A stretch of 62,408 nucleotides of DNA, counting the filler, from Globobulimina sp. (taxonomy: Eukaryota), in assembly GCA_003354225.1 (NCBI GenBank). It is 30 parts of 30 records of this genome, joined end to end, with 100 filler letters (N's around TTAATTAATTAA, not from the genome) between each part and the next. Parts side by side here need not be neighbours in the genome. Positions count along the whole stretch, not along the records: positions 10,426 to 12,410 come from PIVH01009995.1; positions 12,511 to 14,495 come from PIVH01009996.1; positions 14,596 to 16,579 come from PIVH01009997.1; positions 16,680 to 18,663 come from PIVH01009998.1; positions 18,764 to 20,747 come from PIVH01009999.1; positions 20,848 to 22,831 come from PIVH01010000.1; 24 more parts are not named here. One strand, 5' to 3'. Below are positions 11,309 through 22,530 of the stretch, one piece after another. Each line of letters opens with the position of its first letter. Position 1 is the stretch's first letter. Both the position numbers and the translations under genes were made by a program. The notes beneath the pieces were generated by a model. That model was not told where the DNA came from. It searched no databases and saw nothing but the letters and a program-made list of their open reading frames with translations.

Positions 11309-12382
11309 ATGGGTGCTTGTTGCACTTCAGCTGAACAAAGACAAACAAACATTGTTAATCAGGAGTTACTGGCAGCAAAACGAGAGGATCAAAGTGTCAA
11401 AAAATTAATTTTTTTAGGTCGTCAATGCGCCGGAAACTCAATATTATTGAAACAATTACGTACTATTCATGGTCAAGGATATTTAGATAAAGATCGATTA
11501 ATATTTAAGGACAATATTTATTTCCAAATTATTAATCAAATCCAACTAATGATTGAATATTATCAGGAAATGAAGGCTGAATTTCCTGAGCAATTTGGTC
11601 ACCTAAAACTATCTCAAGCTGGTGACAAAGCCGCACAATTTATAGATTACATTAAAAATGATATGGATATCAATGAATCCGTTGCTGAAAACATTGAGAT
11701 ATTATGGAACGAAGCAGCAATTGAAGCAATATTTGATCATAGAGCTAAACTGTTAAACATTCACGATTCATCAGCTTATTTTTTTGATGAAATCAGGAGA
11801 ATTGGGTCAAAATCATACATTCCAAATGATAAAGATTTATTAATGGTTCGTCGGAGAACAACAGGTGTTTTTGAAGAAAGAATAAATATTCGAGGCACTC
11901 AATATCATATTTTAGATGTTGCAGCACAAAGAACAGAAAGAAGAAAATGGATTCACTGTTTTGAACATGTGGCTGCTGTCTTATATACGGTATCATTATC
12001 ATGTTATGATCAGATTATGTTTGAAGATGATTCAATAAACCAAATGATTGACTCTTTGGACTACTTTGAGGAAATATGTAACTTGCAATGGTTTAGACAT
12101 ACTGCAATCATATTGATTTTAAATAAAAAGGATTTATTTGCATTGAAAATACAAAGTGTTCCGTTATCAGTGTGTTTTGATGATTATGATGGAAGCAATG
12201 AATATGGGGAATGTATTGAATATATTCGACAACAATTTGAATATAAAAATAGAAATCCGCAAGAAAAACAAATCTATACTCATGTAACATGTGCCACGGA
12301 TAAAAATAATGTAGAAAGAGTTTTTAATGATATCGAGCATATTATCAGCAATAAAACTCTTGTAAATGGTGGATTGATTTAA
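11309..12382 (+). CDS. Heterotrimeric G-protein alpha subunit, divergent (degenerate G1 and G3 boxes), 357 aa
   Basis: MGACC acylation start, RRRTTG (G2), QRTERRKWIHCFE, LILNKKDLF (G4), HVTCATD (G5). G1 reads GRQCAGNSI and G3 reads DVAAQ. Confidence 0.96.
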   Translation: MGACCTSAEQRQTNIVNQELLAAKREDQSVKKLIFLGRQCAGNSILLKQLRTIHGQGYLDKDRLIFKDNIYFQIINQIQLMIEYYQEMKAEFPEQFGHLKLSQAGDKAAQFIDYIKNDMDINESVAENIEILWNEAAIEAIFDHRAKLLNIHDSSAYFFDEIRRIGSKSYIPNDKDLLMVRRRTTGVFEERINIRGTQYHILDVAAQRTERRKWIHCFEHVAAVLYTVSLSCYDQIMFEDDSINQMIDSLDYFEEICNLQWFRHTAIILILNKKDLFALKIQSVPLSVCFDDYDGSNEYGECIEYIRQQFEYKNRNPQEKQIYTHVTCATDKNNVERVFNDIEHIISNKTLVNGGLI

Positions 12383-12636
12383 AATTTTTCTTATATTAAA
12401 ATGTGATTTTNNNNNNNNNNNNNNNNNNNNNNNNNNNNNNNNNNNNNNNNNNNNTTAATTAATTAANNNNNNNNNNNNNNNNNNNNNNNNNNNNNNNNNN
12501 NNNNNNNNNNAATCGCAGCTACAGCAAAATTATTACTCGGAAATTCGCATTCAAAAACGCACGCACATTCATTCCGCAATTTAATGCAAAAACAACGCGT
12601 GCAATTATATTGATAACAGCGTGCAATTAATCTAAA

Positions 12637-14495
12637 ATGAGCATAATACAAGCAATGACAGCATTATTTGTATTAATAATGATGCAGACAGCAAACAGTA
12701 CATCAGGAATGTACGATCGTCATAATCCTATCGTGCAGATAGACCACGTCGGAGCGCATGGTTATAAGGGAGTACATGTGCACAGAGCAGATGGTTCGGG
12801 ACAGAGCGAGGGTAAATTTGAGATTTTAGGTGTTGGTATTGTAGGTACAAGTGCATGGCATTCGAGTGGTAACACTGATTTATGTAACACTGATTTATGG
12901 CGAAGTAAATTTTGTGTGTTTTCGAATGGAGTTGGACCAAAAAATGCTAAATACTGTAAAGGTTTTATTAGTTTACAAGCGGATGGGATTGAAGCTGAGT
13001 TAACAATTTTTGATATTAAAGCTGGTCCCACAAGAACCAAACTAGAAACTGGTGCTTATTTGGGTGCGCGAGGAATCCAAGTGTACTTGACAGTATCTTC
13101 AGGGTGGACAACTGGATGGATTAAACTTGACTCAGTTTATGACATTGTTACATCTGTTGCAGTTAAGTTTTTCTTTTTTTATTCACATTTTTTTATTAAT
13201 GCACGCGACACACAGGCACGGTATGTACCGATGGCTATTTTAGATATTTTCATGCAACGGTTACACTTGACTGAAAGACTAAAATCTATTAAAGTTCTCC
13301 CTGGGGTAGAATTTCAATTAACTTATTCCAGAGCAGGTGTTGGTTGTGATTATGCTGCCCTTTGGGGTAAAAGAAATGACAGAGGCTTCAATATGATTGG
13401 TCTTAAATGCATGGGATTTTTTGAAGAATTGTCGATTGGACTTATGTTTGGCTTAAATGATGACAAAACTGCAATTGAATATGATTTGTTTGTTTCTAAA
13501 GTCACCATCAGACTGATTATACCATTTGGTGATGACCAGGATTTAGTTAAAAAAGTTAAAGCTGATGGTAGCAAAGATGGTGAAATAAAGGAATGTCCAC
13601 AAGATGTATTTGACGATTATGATTTCCGCATTCCTCAACCATATGATATAATAATCCCAGTACATTGCTATGAACCTAAACCAGCTTCAGGGGAGGCTCA
13701 AGAAAGAGTTAGTGCAATCAAAGAAGAATTAGAGCTACGTAAATCATGGAAATGTGGCACAGAGCTACGTATTTACGATTTGAATGAATTTAAATGGCAA
13801 TCAAATGGTATTATCGATGCAATTAATGATGGTACGTTAAAAGTGAGAAACATTGCAACTGGTAAGACGTTTCCAGTGCAGATGTCTAATTATTATATGA
13901 TTGCATCAACATCTTTTTATCCCAAAGCAGATCCATGGTTGGAAGACAATGAAATTACAATTTATTTGAAATCACAAAAAAAATGGATCCGAGCCACTGT
14001 TGATAAAATGGAAACAGCACGTGGATGGAGAAGATTTGTTGTGCCAAAAGATAGAAAAATGAAATGTAGAAGTCTGGGTTCTTCCGATATGGCATATATA
14101 AGACCAATTCCATTGGAGAAACAAAAATATATGCAAGTTGCACCAGAAGTGCGACCAACACAGCCTAAAGTGTACGACTCAATGGACATTCCACCAGCAA
14201 TTAAAGTAAATCAGCAAGAAAGTCATCGCCAAATCAAAGTGTTTATAATAATGCCATCAACCAAGCTAACATTTGAATGCTTTGTGTTTTCAAGTGTTAC
14301 ATTTGGAGAGATCAAAGATTCAGTAGAAGAAATCTATTCTCATCTCGTGCACAATGTGGATTATCACGATTGTGTTAAGGATACACCGTTATTTGATAAA
14401 CCAATGAAACTATGCTATGAAGGAAGCAACAAATTAGATCGACAATCTTTGAAGGAATGTGGTGTTGGTGATCATGGTGTGTTGTATTTTGTGTT
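12637..14495 (+). CDS. Multidomain protein: signal peptide, beta-rich region, two Tudor/Agenet-like repeats, ubiquitin-like domain; 3' partial
   Basis: Hydrophobic N-terminus; WKCGTELRIYD...KWQSNGII and WLEDNEITIY...KWIRATV repeats; IKVFIIMP...TFGEIKDSV...MKLCYEG...SLKECGVGDHGVLYFV UBL pattern. Probable in-frame 54-nt intron 13162-13215 removes the FFFFYSHFF stretch. Confidence 0.7.
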
Positions 14496-14595
14496 NNNNN
14501 NNNNNNNNNNNNNNNNNNNNNNNNNNNNNNNNNNNNNNNTTAATTAATTAANNNNNNNNNNNNNNNNNNNNNNNNNNNNNNNNNNNNNNNNNNNN

Positions 14596-15040
14596 CAATG
14601 CAAAATTGATGCTGACATTCCCGTAAAGTGAAGCCTTCGTCGATGGGATATTTGGCAAAGCAAATGTTGCAGAAATAGGTTGCTGTTAATGTTTTTTGTG
14701 TTTTTTGGCGCGCTAAACCAGGGATATGCGACGCGATTGAATTTGGAATATAGGCCGCCATCCCAGATTGTTCTAATACGGAGGATTGCCGCTCGAATTG
14801 AATGGATAATTGGGAGGACATACGGCGGGTAAACGTAGGGGGCGAGCCTGGCGGGGCATTGTTGTGGTGTGTTGGTGTCGGGTTGTTTGGGTCTGGGAAA
14901 TAATTCGAGTCAACACGGCCTAGGTTATCGTTTGGGTCTTCTTTTGTATCATCCCAATCATCTGTTGGATTGTATGTGGTAATGTTACTGTTACCTCCGA
15001 CTGCCATTTCAAGTGTGATATCTTTATGTTGGTCTGACAT
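14596..15040 (-). CDS. RBR-type (RING-IBR-RING) E3 ligase-like protein, N-terminal fragment
   Basis: YFCNICF...ECQHQFC is the start of a C3HC4 RING typical of RBR ligases; truncated by the contig end. Confidence 0.7.
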
Positions 15041-15145
15041 TTAGTGTTGATTTTTTTTTACTTGGACTGCTGACATGCAAACGCTCAGAGTCAGAGTTTT
15101 TTTTTAATAGTGTATCTGTTGAAAATCAGCATCACCGCGAACACT

Positions 15146-16240
15146 ATGAGTCTTAAATTGGTTGTGTTAGGGAGCAATGGATTTGTAGGGTCACGTTTAT
15201 GTCTTAAGTTGTCGACACTAAAGACATTTTATGTAACACCAACTGAATGCTTACCACTTGATAAGATAATATTATTTGATGTGAATGAATCTAAAGATGA
15301 ATATTTTAAAGGTGCAATTGCTGCTGATTCACGGTGTGAATTTATTATCGGTGATTTATGTCGAACGGAAACCATAATGAGAGTGCTTGATCCGGAGAAC
15401 AAATATACGCGTGTTACAGTCATCCATTTAGCAGCAATATTAAGTGGATATTGTGAAAAAGATTTTGATTTAGGAATGAAAGTGAATTTATATGGTTCGT
15501 TAAATGTTATTGAATGTTTACGTCAACTGAGAAAAAGAAAAAAAATATTAAATGATGTAGCGCAAATATATTTTTATTCCTCCACAGATTACACAATATG
15601 TTTCAATGAGGCAAATCGTGTGCAACCAAGCAATGAAGAATCATATCGATTATCTCCGGTATCGTATGGATGCCAGAAAGCATGTATGGAGATATTAATT
15701 AGTGATTATACAAGAAAGGGGTTCATTGACGGGAGAGTTGGCAGATTTGCAGCAGTTATAGGTAGGGCCGGATATGTTGACGTTTTATCATATGCGTGGC
15801 ATGGCACTTTTACGCAAACATTGGTTGGTAAAGATTATGAATGCGGCTTGCCAATGAATATAGGTTTGCCATGTTGTTCTATTACGAATGTGGTTAAAAA
15901 TGTAATCTTTTTATGTGGGCAAGTTGATGCTGATGAAATTGGACATAATCGTACAGTATGTGTACCTGCAAAAACATTGACTTTGCAAACTATTTGGGAG
16001 GAAACAAAAAATGTTGCCAAACAATATGGAATATTTGAGAAAATTGGGAAAATTATTAGAGTGAAGAGACATGGATCAACAGTTAATGAGATTAATGTTG
16101 TTCCAATGATGGATTATTCAAAAGCAAAGAGATTAGGTTTGGATGTAAATGTTGATATAAATGAAATTATTACGGACTTTGTAGAGAATTATGTTAAAGT
16201 TAGATATTCAAATATGTTTACAATTAAATCCAAATTATAA
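15146..16240 (+). CDS. Extended SDR NAD-dependent epimerase/dehydrogenase, D-erythronate dehydrogenase (DenD)-like
   Basis: GSNGFVG Rossmann motif, HLAAILSG..EKDFDLGMKVN, YGCQK (YxxxK), DYTRKGFIDGR. Intronless. Confidence 0.85.
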   Translation: MSLKLVVLGSNGFVGSRLCLKLSTLKTFYVTPTECLPLDKIILFDVNESKDEYFKGAIAADSRCEFIIGDLCRTETIMRVLDPENKYTRVTVIHLAAILSGYCEKDFDLGMKVNLYGSLNVIECLRQLRKRKKILNDVAQIYFYSSTDYTICFNEANRVQPSNEESYRLSPVSYGCQKACMEILISDYTRKGFIDGRVGRFAAVIGRAGYVDVLSYAWHGTFTQTLVGKDYECGLPMNIGLPCCSITNVVKNVIFLCGQVDADEIGHNRTVCVPAKTLTLQTIWEETKNVAKQYGIFEKIGKIIRVKRHGSTVNEINVVPMMDYSKAKRLGLDVNVDINEIITDFVENYVKVRYSNMFTIKSKL

Positions 16241-16399
16241 ACCATATCTTTATGGTCTTATTTTGCAATTTTTTCTCTTCTCAACAAGTCGTCGTTTCAT
16301 TGAAAAAAAAACGATACGGTTTACATTGATTTAAATAATAGACTGTCAACACAAAAGGACAATATGTATAATAGTACTATTTACGCAATTTTTTCAATT

Positions 16400-16579
16400 T
16401 TAATTTATATGTTTGAGTGAAATTTGATGAAGCGCTTCCAAAGCACTTTGCCATTGGACGTTGGCGCATAATGTTTTATCAAAGGAAACAAAGGAATCGC
16501 CGCCATCTGGACTTAAAACACCGAGAATGATGGAGCAGAAGCCACACTTTATTTTATTGTTGTACTCGTAGCTCATTTG
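16400..16579 (-). CDS. 3' end of an unidentified gene
   Basis: 59 open codons from the contig edge (QMSYEYNNKIKCGFCSIILGVLSPDGG...) to TAA. Confidence 0.45.
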   Translation of the reverse strand, partial: QMSYEYNNKIKCGFCSIILGVLSPDGGDSFVSFDKTLCANVQWQSALEALHQISLKHIN

Positions 16580-16679
16580 NNNNNNNNNNNNNNNNNNNNN
16601 NNNNNNNNNNNNNNNNNNNNNNNTTAATTAATTAANNNNNNNNNNNNNNNNNNNNNNNNNNNNNNNNNNNNNNNNNNNN

Positions 16680-17363
16680 GAATGAAAATATGCAAAGTAT
16701 CCTCTGCGCTGAAGCCATGACAGAAAAAAAAGAAATGGAATGATTGATAATTGGAAGTTGTACAAAATAATCATCTTTTTGAGCGACGAGGAATTCGTAA
16801 TTTATTGAGAAAAATAAAAATATACTTCCCAAAATGCCTAAAAACACGCACTTCCAGATTTTGCTGACATTGATTCCATCGAACATTGAAATCCATATAA
16901 TAACCAACGGAATGACTAACAGATTAAATATTGCATAGGCAATTAAAACCAGAGTGCTTTCATGCTTGACATAGGTATAAATAAAATGTGTAATGCCATA
17001 ACATAACGCAGCTGTTAATTTGAGCCAAAATATGAATGAGCTCAGCATCAATTTCAGACTGTCCCTGTTGACAGTTGAAATCCATAATATTTCAAAAGGA
17101 ATCCACACGAAACAACAGGTCGAGAGTACATAAACGATATATGCGTAATGTAAACGATGACTCGTAGAAAATATGAACTCTGTTAATAACCGCAAAATTA
17201 GAAAAATCAATATTGTAAATATGATGAAGAATTGAGTGTATCGACTGTATAATAATTTTAATATATTTTTTGTGGCGGCGTTGCCTAACCACAAGCGTAG
17301 AAACATATCGTCGAAATAAAACGCATATGCAAAAGTCTCTGTGTCCAACAGATTATCGTTCAT
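16680..17363 (-). CDS. Multi-pass membrane protein, 3' partial
   Basis: At least five hydrophobic helices; open to the contig edge. Confidence 0.7.
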
Positions 17364-17434
17364 TCTGTAGAGTTGAACTAAAAATTTTTAGATAAAAAAC
17401 TCTTTGAGTGGAGTCATCTCATATCCTTATCATC

Positions 17435-18663
17435 TCATTCATCTGTCAACATTTCAGCATGTAACCTGCTTTGCAATTCAATATCCAACTTTTTGTTATC
17501 AATTTTCTCTGCCAAACAAAAATAAATCAAACGTCGCATCACACATTCTTTTTTGCATTGAATTATTATACAAAATAAAATGTAAACTGCACCAAATGTA
17601 ATGACAATATAATCAAATACAAATCCAACATTGGCATAAAAAGTCGACAATTTATGGCCAGAAATCTCTGCAACTGTCAAATGATTTGTTCTTTGATTAT
17701 TGACATGTTTGAATATTACCTCGCCATACCCATCGATGCCGGCTGTATTCCCGTTTTCCGCACAATGGAATATATTATAACCATTCTCAATGGCTCTGAA
17801 ACTAATAATATTTACAAACTGATCCATAAATGACCCCCAAAGCCACGAAGGATTCAATATCAAATCTGCTTTCTGCGCCAACATACTCCAATCAACATAG
17901 GCCATATCAAAACAAATTAAACTCGAAACACTGAAATTAAATCCATATTCACGCATATCTACAATTGGCGGCGTTTGCCGTCGTCTTTGAAATGTTTCTA
18001 TAAATGGCACCGGATTTCCTTTTAAATATGTAAATACTTTCTCAATTTGTGAGCGATTTGCAATCCATAGTTCCAGCGAATTGTCAGGCTCTTCGATACC
18101 AATTCCAATCATTACCGAATGCTCATATTTATCACTGATTTGCTGCCCATAAACAATAAGTTGCGCATATTCCAAATCATTTGGTGTTGTATATTCTTCT
18201 TCGGTTAAAATTAAATCTATATCCACGATTTGTGACTGCCAATCGAGTGTATTCTCAGTGATGCAAAGTGTGCGTAAACTGATATCATTGTCACTCCATT
18301 TTGATGGCTTTTTGTGATAAAAATGTTTGACGTTCAAACGGAAGCCGCCGTAAATAGAAATGATAAGTATTAATATGGCAAAGATTAAAACGTTTTTGTT
18401 GAATAACAGAGTGTTAATCTGCAATTTGCATTCATTGGATTTATTGATGTAATTACAATAGAAATAGATGGAAAAAATGGCAGTAAACCACAAATGTAAG
18501 AATGTGATGGAATGGATACCAAATATGGAGGCAAACTGTGCCAATGATCTAAAATACCATAAACCATTTGATATGTTTAAAAGAGATGAGAATGGCGATA
18601 AACCCAACAAAATAAACATTGTTGTCATCATTGTTGGATAGGATAATAAGATGAATGCAATTG
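17435..18663 (-). CDS. Apolipoprotein N-acyltransferase (Lnt)-like membrane nitrilase/CN-hydrolase, 5' partial
   Basis: TM region with LAQFASIFGIHSITFL; candidate E-K-C triad in DLILTEE, YLKGNPVP and LICFD; RAIENG; IDGYG; C-terminal TFYANVG plus TM. Frame open to the contig edge. Confidence 0.85.
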
Positions 18664-18763
18664 NNNNNNNNNNNNNNNNNNNNNNNNNNNNNNNNNNNNN
18701 NNNNNNNTTAATTAATTAANNNNNNNNNNNNNNNNNNNNNNNNNNNNNNNNNNNNNNNNNNNN

Positions 18764-19642
18764 GTCGCCCGCCTCGATTTCGATCGTGAACGGTTGCAGG
18801 CCCGCCTTGGTCGCGGTGAGGGTCAATCGCGACGGCAGATTTCCTTCGTCATTCTCGTTCCTCATACTCCTCAATCTGCTCACTGCGATATCAAATTTGG
18901 TGTTGCCTGGCTATATGGTAATAATTACATATATTTCATACAAAAACAAAATTTGCTGTATACACTATACGCAAACCTTGAATTCACGCATTACATTCCA
19001 ATGTTTTTGGACATGCGCTTTCAACGAAGCTTTGCAATGCGAGGAATAGTTACAATTTGGATATTTGCAATCGTTGTTTGCGCGAATACAGTTATTATTA
19101 TCTATCAATAATATATTGCTGCTATTTCGTGGCGTATTGGAAGCAAATAAAGTCAATGCGTGGTTATAATTGTTTGTATTTTCTGTTTTAATGTGTATGG
19201 AGGGCGGGAATGGGGTCAATGCTTTGTTCTTGGTTTGCTGTTGAATGGCAAAAGTGTCTGGGGTTTCTATTTGTGTTTCTATCGGCAAAAGTTTCGGCAA
19301 TTCCATCTTTATTTGGGTTGGTTGTTCGACGGGGCATGGCTGGACTGGTTGGAATGGAATGGTATTAAATTGGATGTTATTGGTTATGATGGGATTATTA
19401 TATGTATTGTTGTTGACGATGGAGGGAGTTTTTAATGATGCGGTGGTGGGCCCATTTGCGGATTTTAATTGATTGTTGATTTTGTTGAGTTGGTTATAAT
19501 ATCTGTGTTCTAATTGTATAAGTATCACTGTCTTCATTTGTAATAATTGATTAATACGATTCATGTAATTTGTCTCTAATTGGTGGATTGATTGGCAGTG
19601 TCCCTCAAAAAGAGTTTCTCTTATTTGAATTAACGAGGCCAT
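18764..19642 (-). CDS. Coiled-coil/Pro-Gln-rich protein with a C2H2 zinc finger, 3' partial
   Basis: CKYPNCNYSSHCKASLKAHVQKH. A phase-0 intron 18911-18976 continues the frame (PGNTKFDIAVSRL...) to the edge. Confidence 0.7.
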
Positions 19643-19700
19643 GGTTGATGATACTTAAAATTAAAGAAAAGTATTTTTTCAACATTGCATCGCTTATATA

Positions 19701-20747
19701 ATGTCCGTAGAAGAGATTAAAAAGTTAATGAGATTACCAGCGGACACTGTGGTTCTCTGTACTACCAAAATAAAATCGACAAGTTCAAAAGACGGCGATC
19801 CAACATCATCTGATGCAAAAACAAAAGACCTGGATGGTTATGATATGTATGCTGGCGATGTAATACCAGGGAAAAAATCTGAGCAATATCCCAAATTTGC
19901 TCAAATATCTGATCCATATACATATAGATGTAGACACGACAAACCTCATCCTTTTGTCCCATTTTATACGCAACCAAAAAACGCGGCAATCACCAAGCTT
20001 TCTCGTAAATTATTTAATTATCCAAATAAGCCACAAATATTACGCATAAAACCGCCAATACCGTGCAATTTCAACAATAATTATTTCCCAGTTTTAGTCG
20101 CAGACATTCGAGCAATATATACGACCATGTTAAATAATCATAGCTTGACTAAAGATTTAGTATATGCCATTTTGCATTATTTACCATTTACATTTCCCAT
20201 TTTTATTAGTTGCTCCACAATTTTCCGTGGACGTGGCAGTTGGACGCATTTCACCTATCCATTCACCAAAAATAAAGGCGAGATTCTAAATTATATGAAA
20301 GAATGTGAAAAAGTTTTTGATTGTTTGGAAGATTGTCCATATTTGGCTGAGTTTTATGTGATGAAAGATGATGTTCCTATGGTATACAAATCCAATTACG
20401 ATGATGTTGCCGATCATAAAAACGTTTGCATTGCATATAGATACAATGTTGATACATTGCAGAGAGTGTATAACCCCACAAAATTAATATGCAGAGATAA
20501 AGCAAATAAATTGCAAGAAATAATGAGGATGAATGATGTCGGAGGATCGAGCTGGCTGAGTATTGTTTGCAACAAAGAAAAACAAGCCGAATGGTTTGAG
20601 GATACAATAAATGATTTGGATCGGGATAGTTCGATTGTAGCCGACATTGGTGGTTCATGTGGGATAAAATCAAGATGTTGGTATCAATTATACGAAAATC
20701 AATTGGATCAGAAATTGAAAGGGAAATATCTTCCAATGAGTGTTGTC
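19701..20747 (+). CDS. Hypothetical protein, 3' partial
   Basis: 349 open codons from ATG to the contig edge; no family recognised. Confidence 0.75.
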
Positions 20748-20847
20748 NNNNNNNNNNNNNNNNNNNNNNNNNNNNNNNNNNNNNNNNNNNNTTAATTAAT
20801 TAANNNNNNNNNNNNNNNNNNNNNNNNNNNNNNNNNNNNNNNNNNNN

Positions 20848-21353
20848 TTAAATAATATTTGTATATATTTTGGTAATGATTTATTATTATTTATCAGTTT
20901 ATAGATTATCTCTTTCTGTGTTGGTAATACTTTATCTGTGGATGGTCTTCCATCAATAAATCCAGTTTGAAATATTTTCATGGATTGTACTTCTTGATTA
21001 TAATTTATATCTTCTTCAATTACCCGCAAACCACAGATTTCTAAGTCTTGAAATCCGCCAATAAAAAGCATTTCTGCTTCAGGTCCGAAATCACTCCAAC
21101 TCATACAATTAAAGAAAGAGGAGGCAAAACCATCATTTTTTATGGTAATAATAATACCAATTCCAGCAAACATTCGTGCGATTTCCTCTCTTAATGTGGT
21201 TGAAGTTGGACCGTAAAATCGCTGATCAAAACCTTCAAATAACATTTTACACGAAATACCATGGAAAAACAGCTTAAATTCTTCTTGTTTTGCGTCTTGA
21301 AATAATGTGCCAAATACTTCAATACATTCACGCAGAAATGAAAATGGATACAA
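20848..21353 (-). CDS. ADP-ribosyltransferase-like domain protein fragment, truncated at both ends
   Basis: FFHG ... GPTSTT ... IARMF ... WSDFGPEAEMLF. No ATG, and an in-frame TGA lies 4 codons upstream of 21353. Confidence 0.7.
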
Positions 21354-22530
21354 CGCACATACTCAATATCAGATATATGGCATCTTAGATACGGTGGAAA
21401 CGTTGAAACAACACAAAAAATATAAACTGATGCAACAACTAAATGAGACATTATCCGACAATGAGTTGGTTGCTTTGGTATATTACACAGATGAAAGTTC
21501 GTGTTGCCATAAAACGGAGCCAGTGCGCACATTGACAGATGGCGCACAATGGAAAGAATTATACTTTCATACTACAAATGCTGTGGTAAAATTGCACCGC
21601 GTGTTCCATTATAAAAATAAAAATAAATTGCAATGCAACATGCTGTATCATAGCAGCACTATCACTGCATTGGATGTATTGTGCGGCGAGCAGTTCTTTT
21701 TGAAAACGTTGTGTTTTTCCAGCAGATTCGCAGTGGAAAAAGGTTAAATTTGTTATCTGTGACATTTCATTTCTATGTACAACTTATAATAAAAACATAA
21801 TATAGCTTTTGCAGTTGGCAGTATGTTGGTTATTGACAATGTAGCCGCGTCATTGCAGTCTGGTCGGTTAAGAGGGGCCGATGTCAGTTGGATCTCGCAA
21901 TGGGTGCTGGTGCAAGTTATTGTGCTGCCGACAGTGCATTATCAGTGGAAGGAAGTGAGCCAGCAAGCAATGACGAGACATAATTGGATGGTTGCACCGG
22001 ACCTGAAAATCTTCATTGCCTCAGACTGCGAGGCACCGAATGATATGAATGAGAAACTAAAGTGCATTAAGGAGTGGTTGCAAAATACAGTTTGTTTGAA
22101 GGAGAGTGATGCCAAGAAATATTTAGGTTTATTCATTGCGAATGGATATGAATCGTTGAATGGCGTCCAAGTGATTGACAGCAGACAGGATTTGGTTGAA
22201 ATTGGTATTGTGAAAAAAGGGCATATTAAGCAAATATTATTTCATGTTCGGTCGTTGGATGAGTACATTGAGAAATTCAGTCAGGTTGTTATATATGGTG
22301 TGTTTATAAAATAGTTTTGCTAACTTTCACAATGTATATATCCTCAGACTGAATGGGATGAGCAAAAGACGGAAGATTCGGCGCAAAATGAGACATCAGT
22401 CGGGAATGGCTGCAATGTGGTTAAATGTGAATGGGTGCATATTGACGCAGTGTCAGTGAATAAAGTAACTTCTGCCGCAATTAACAGAAATGAGAGAGAA
22501 CATATTGCTAAATATCATCCACGCCGTTAA
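21352..22530 (+). CDS. Degenerate ART-like domain plus SAM domain protein, 5' truncated; introns 21743-21805 and 22285-22347
   Basis: ELVALVYYTD, LYHS and DVSWISQW without ExE; SAM pattern IKEWL...KYLGLFIANGYESL...DLVEIGIVKKGHIKQIL. Both 63-nt GT-AG introns restore frame. Confidence 0.65.
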
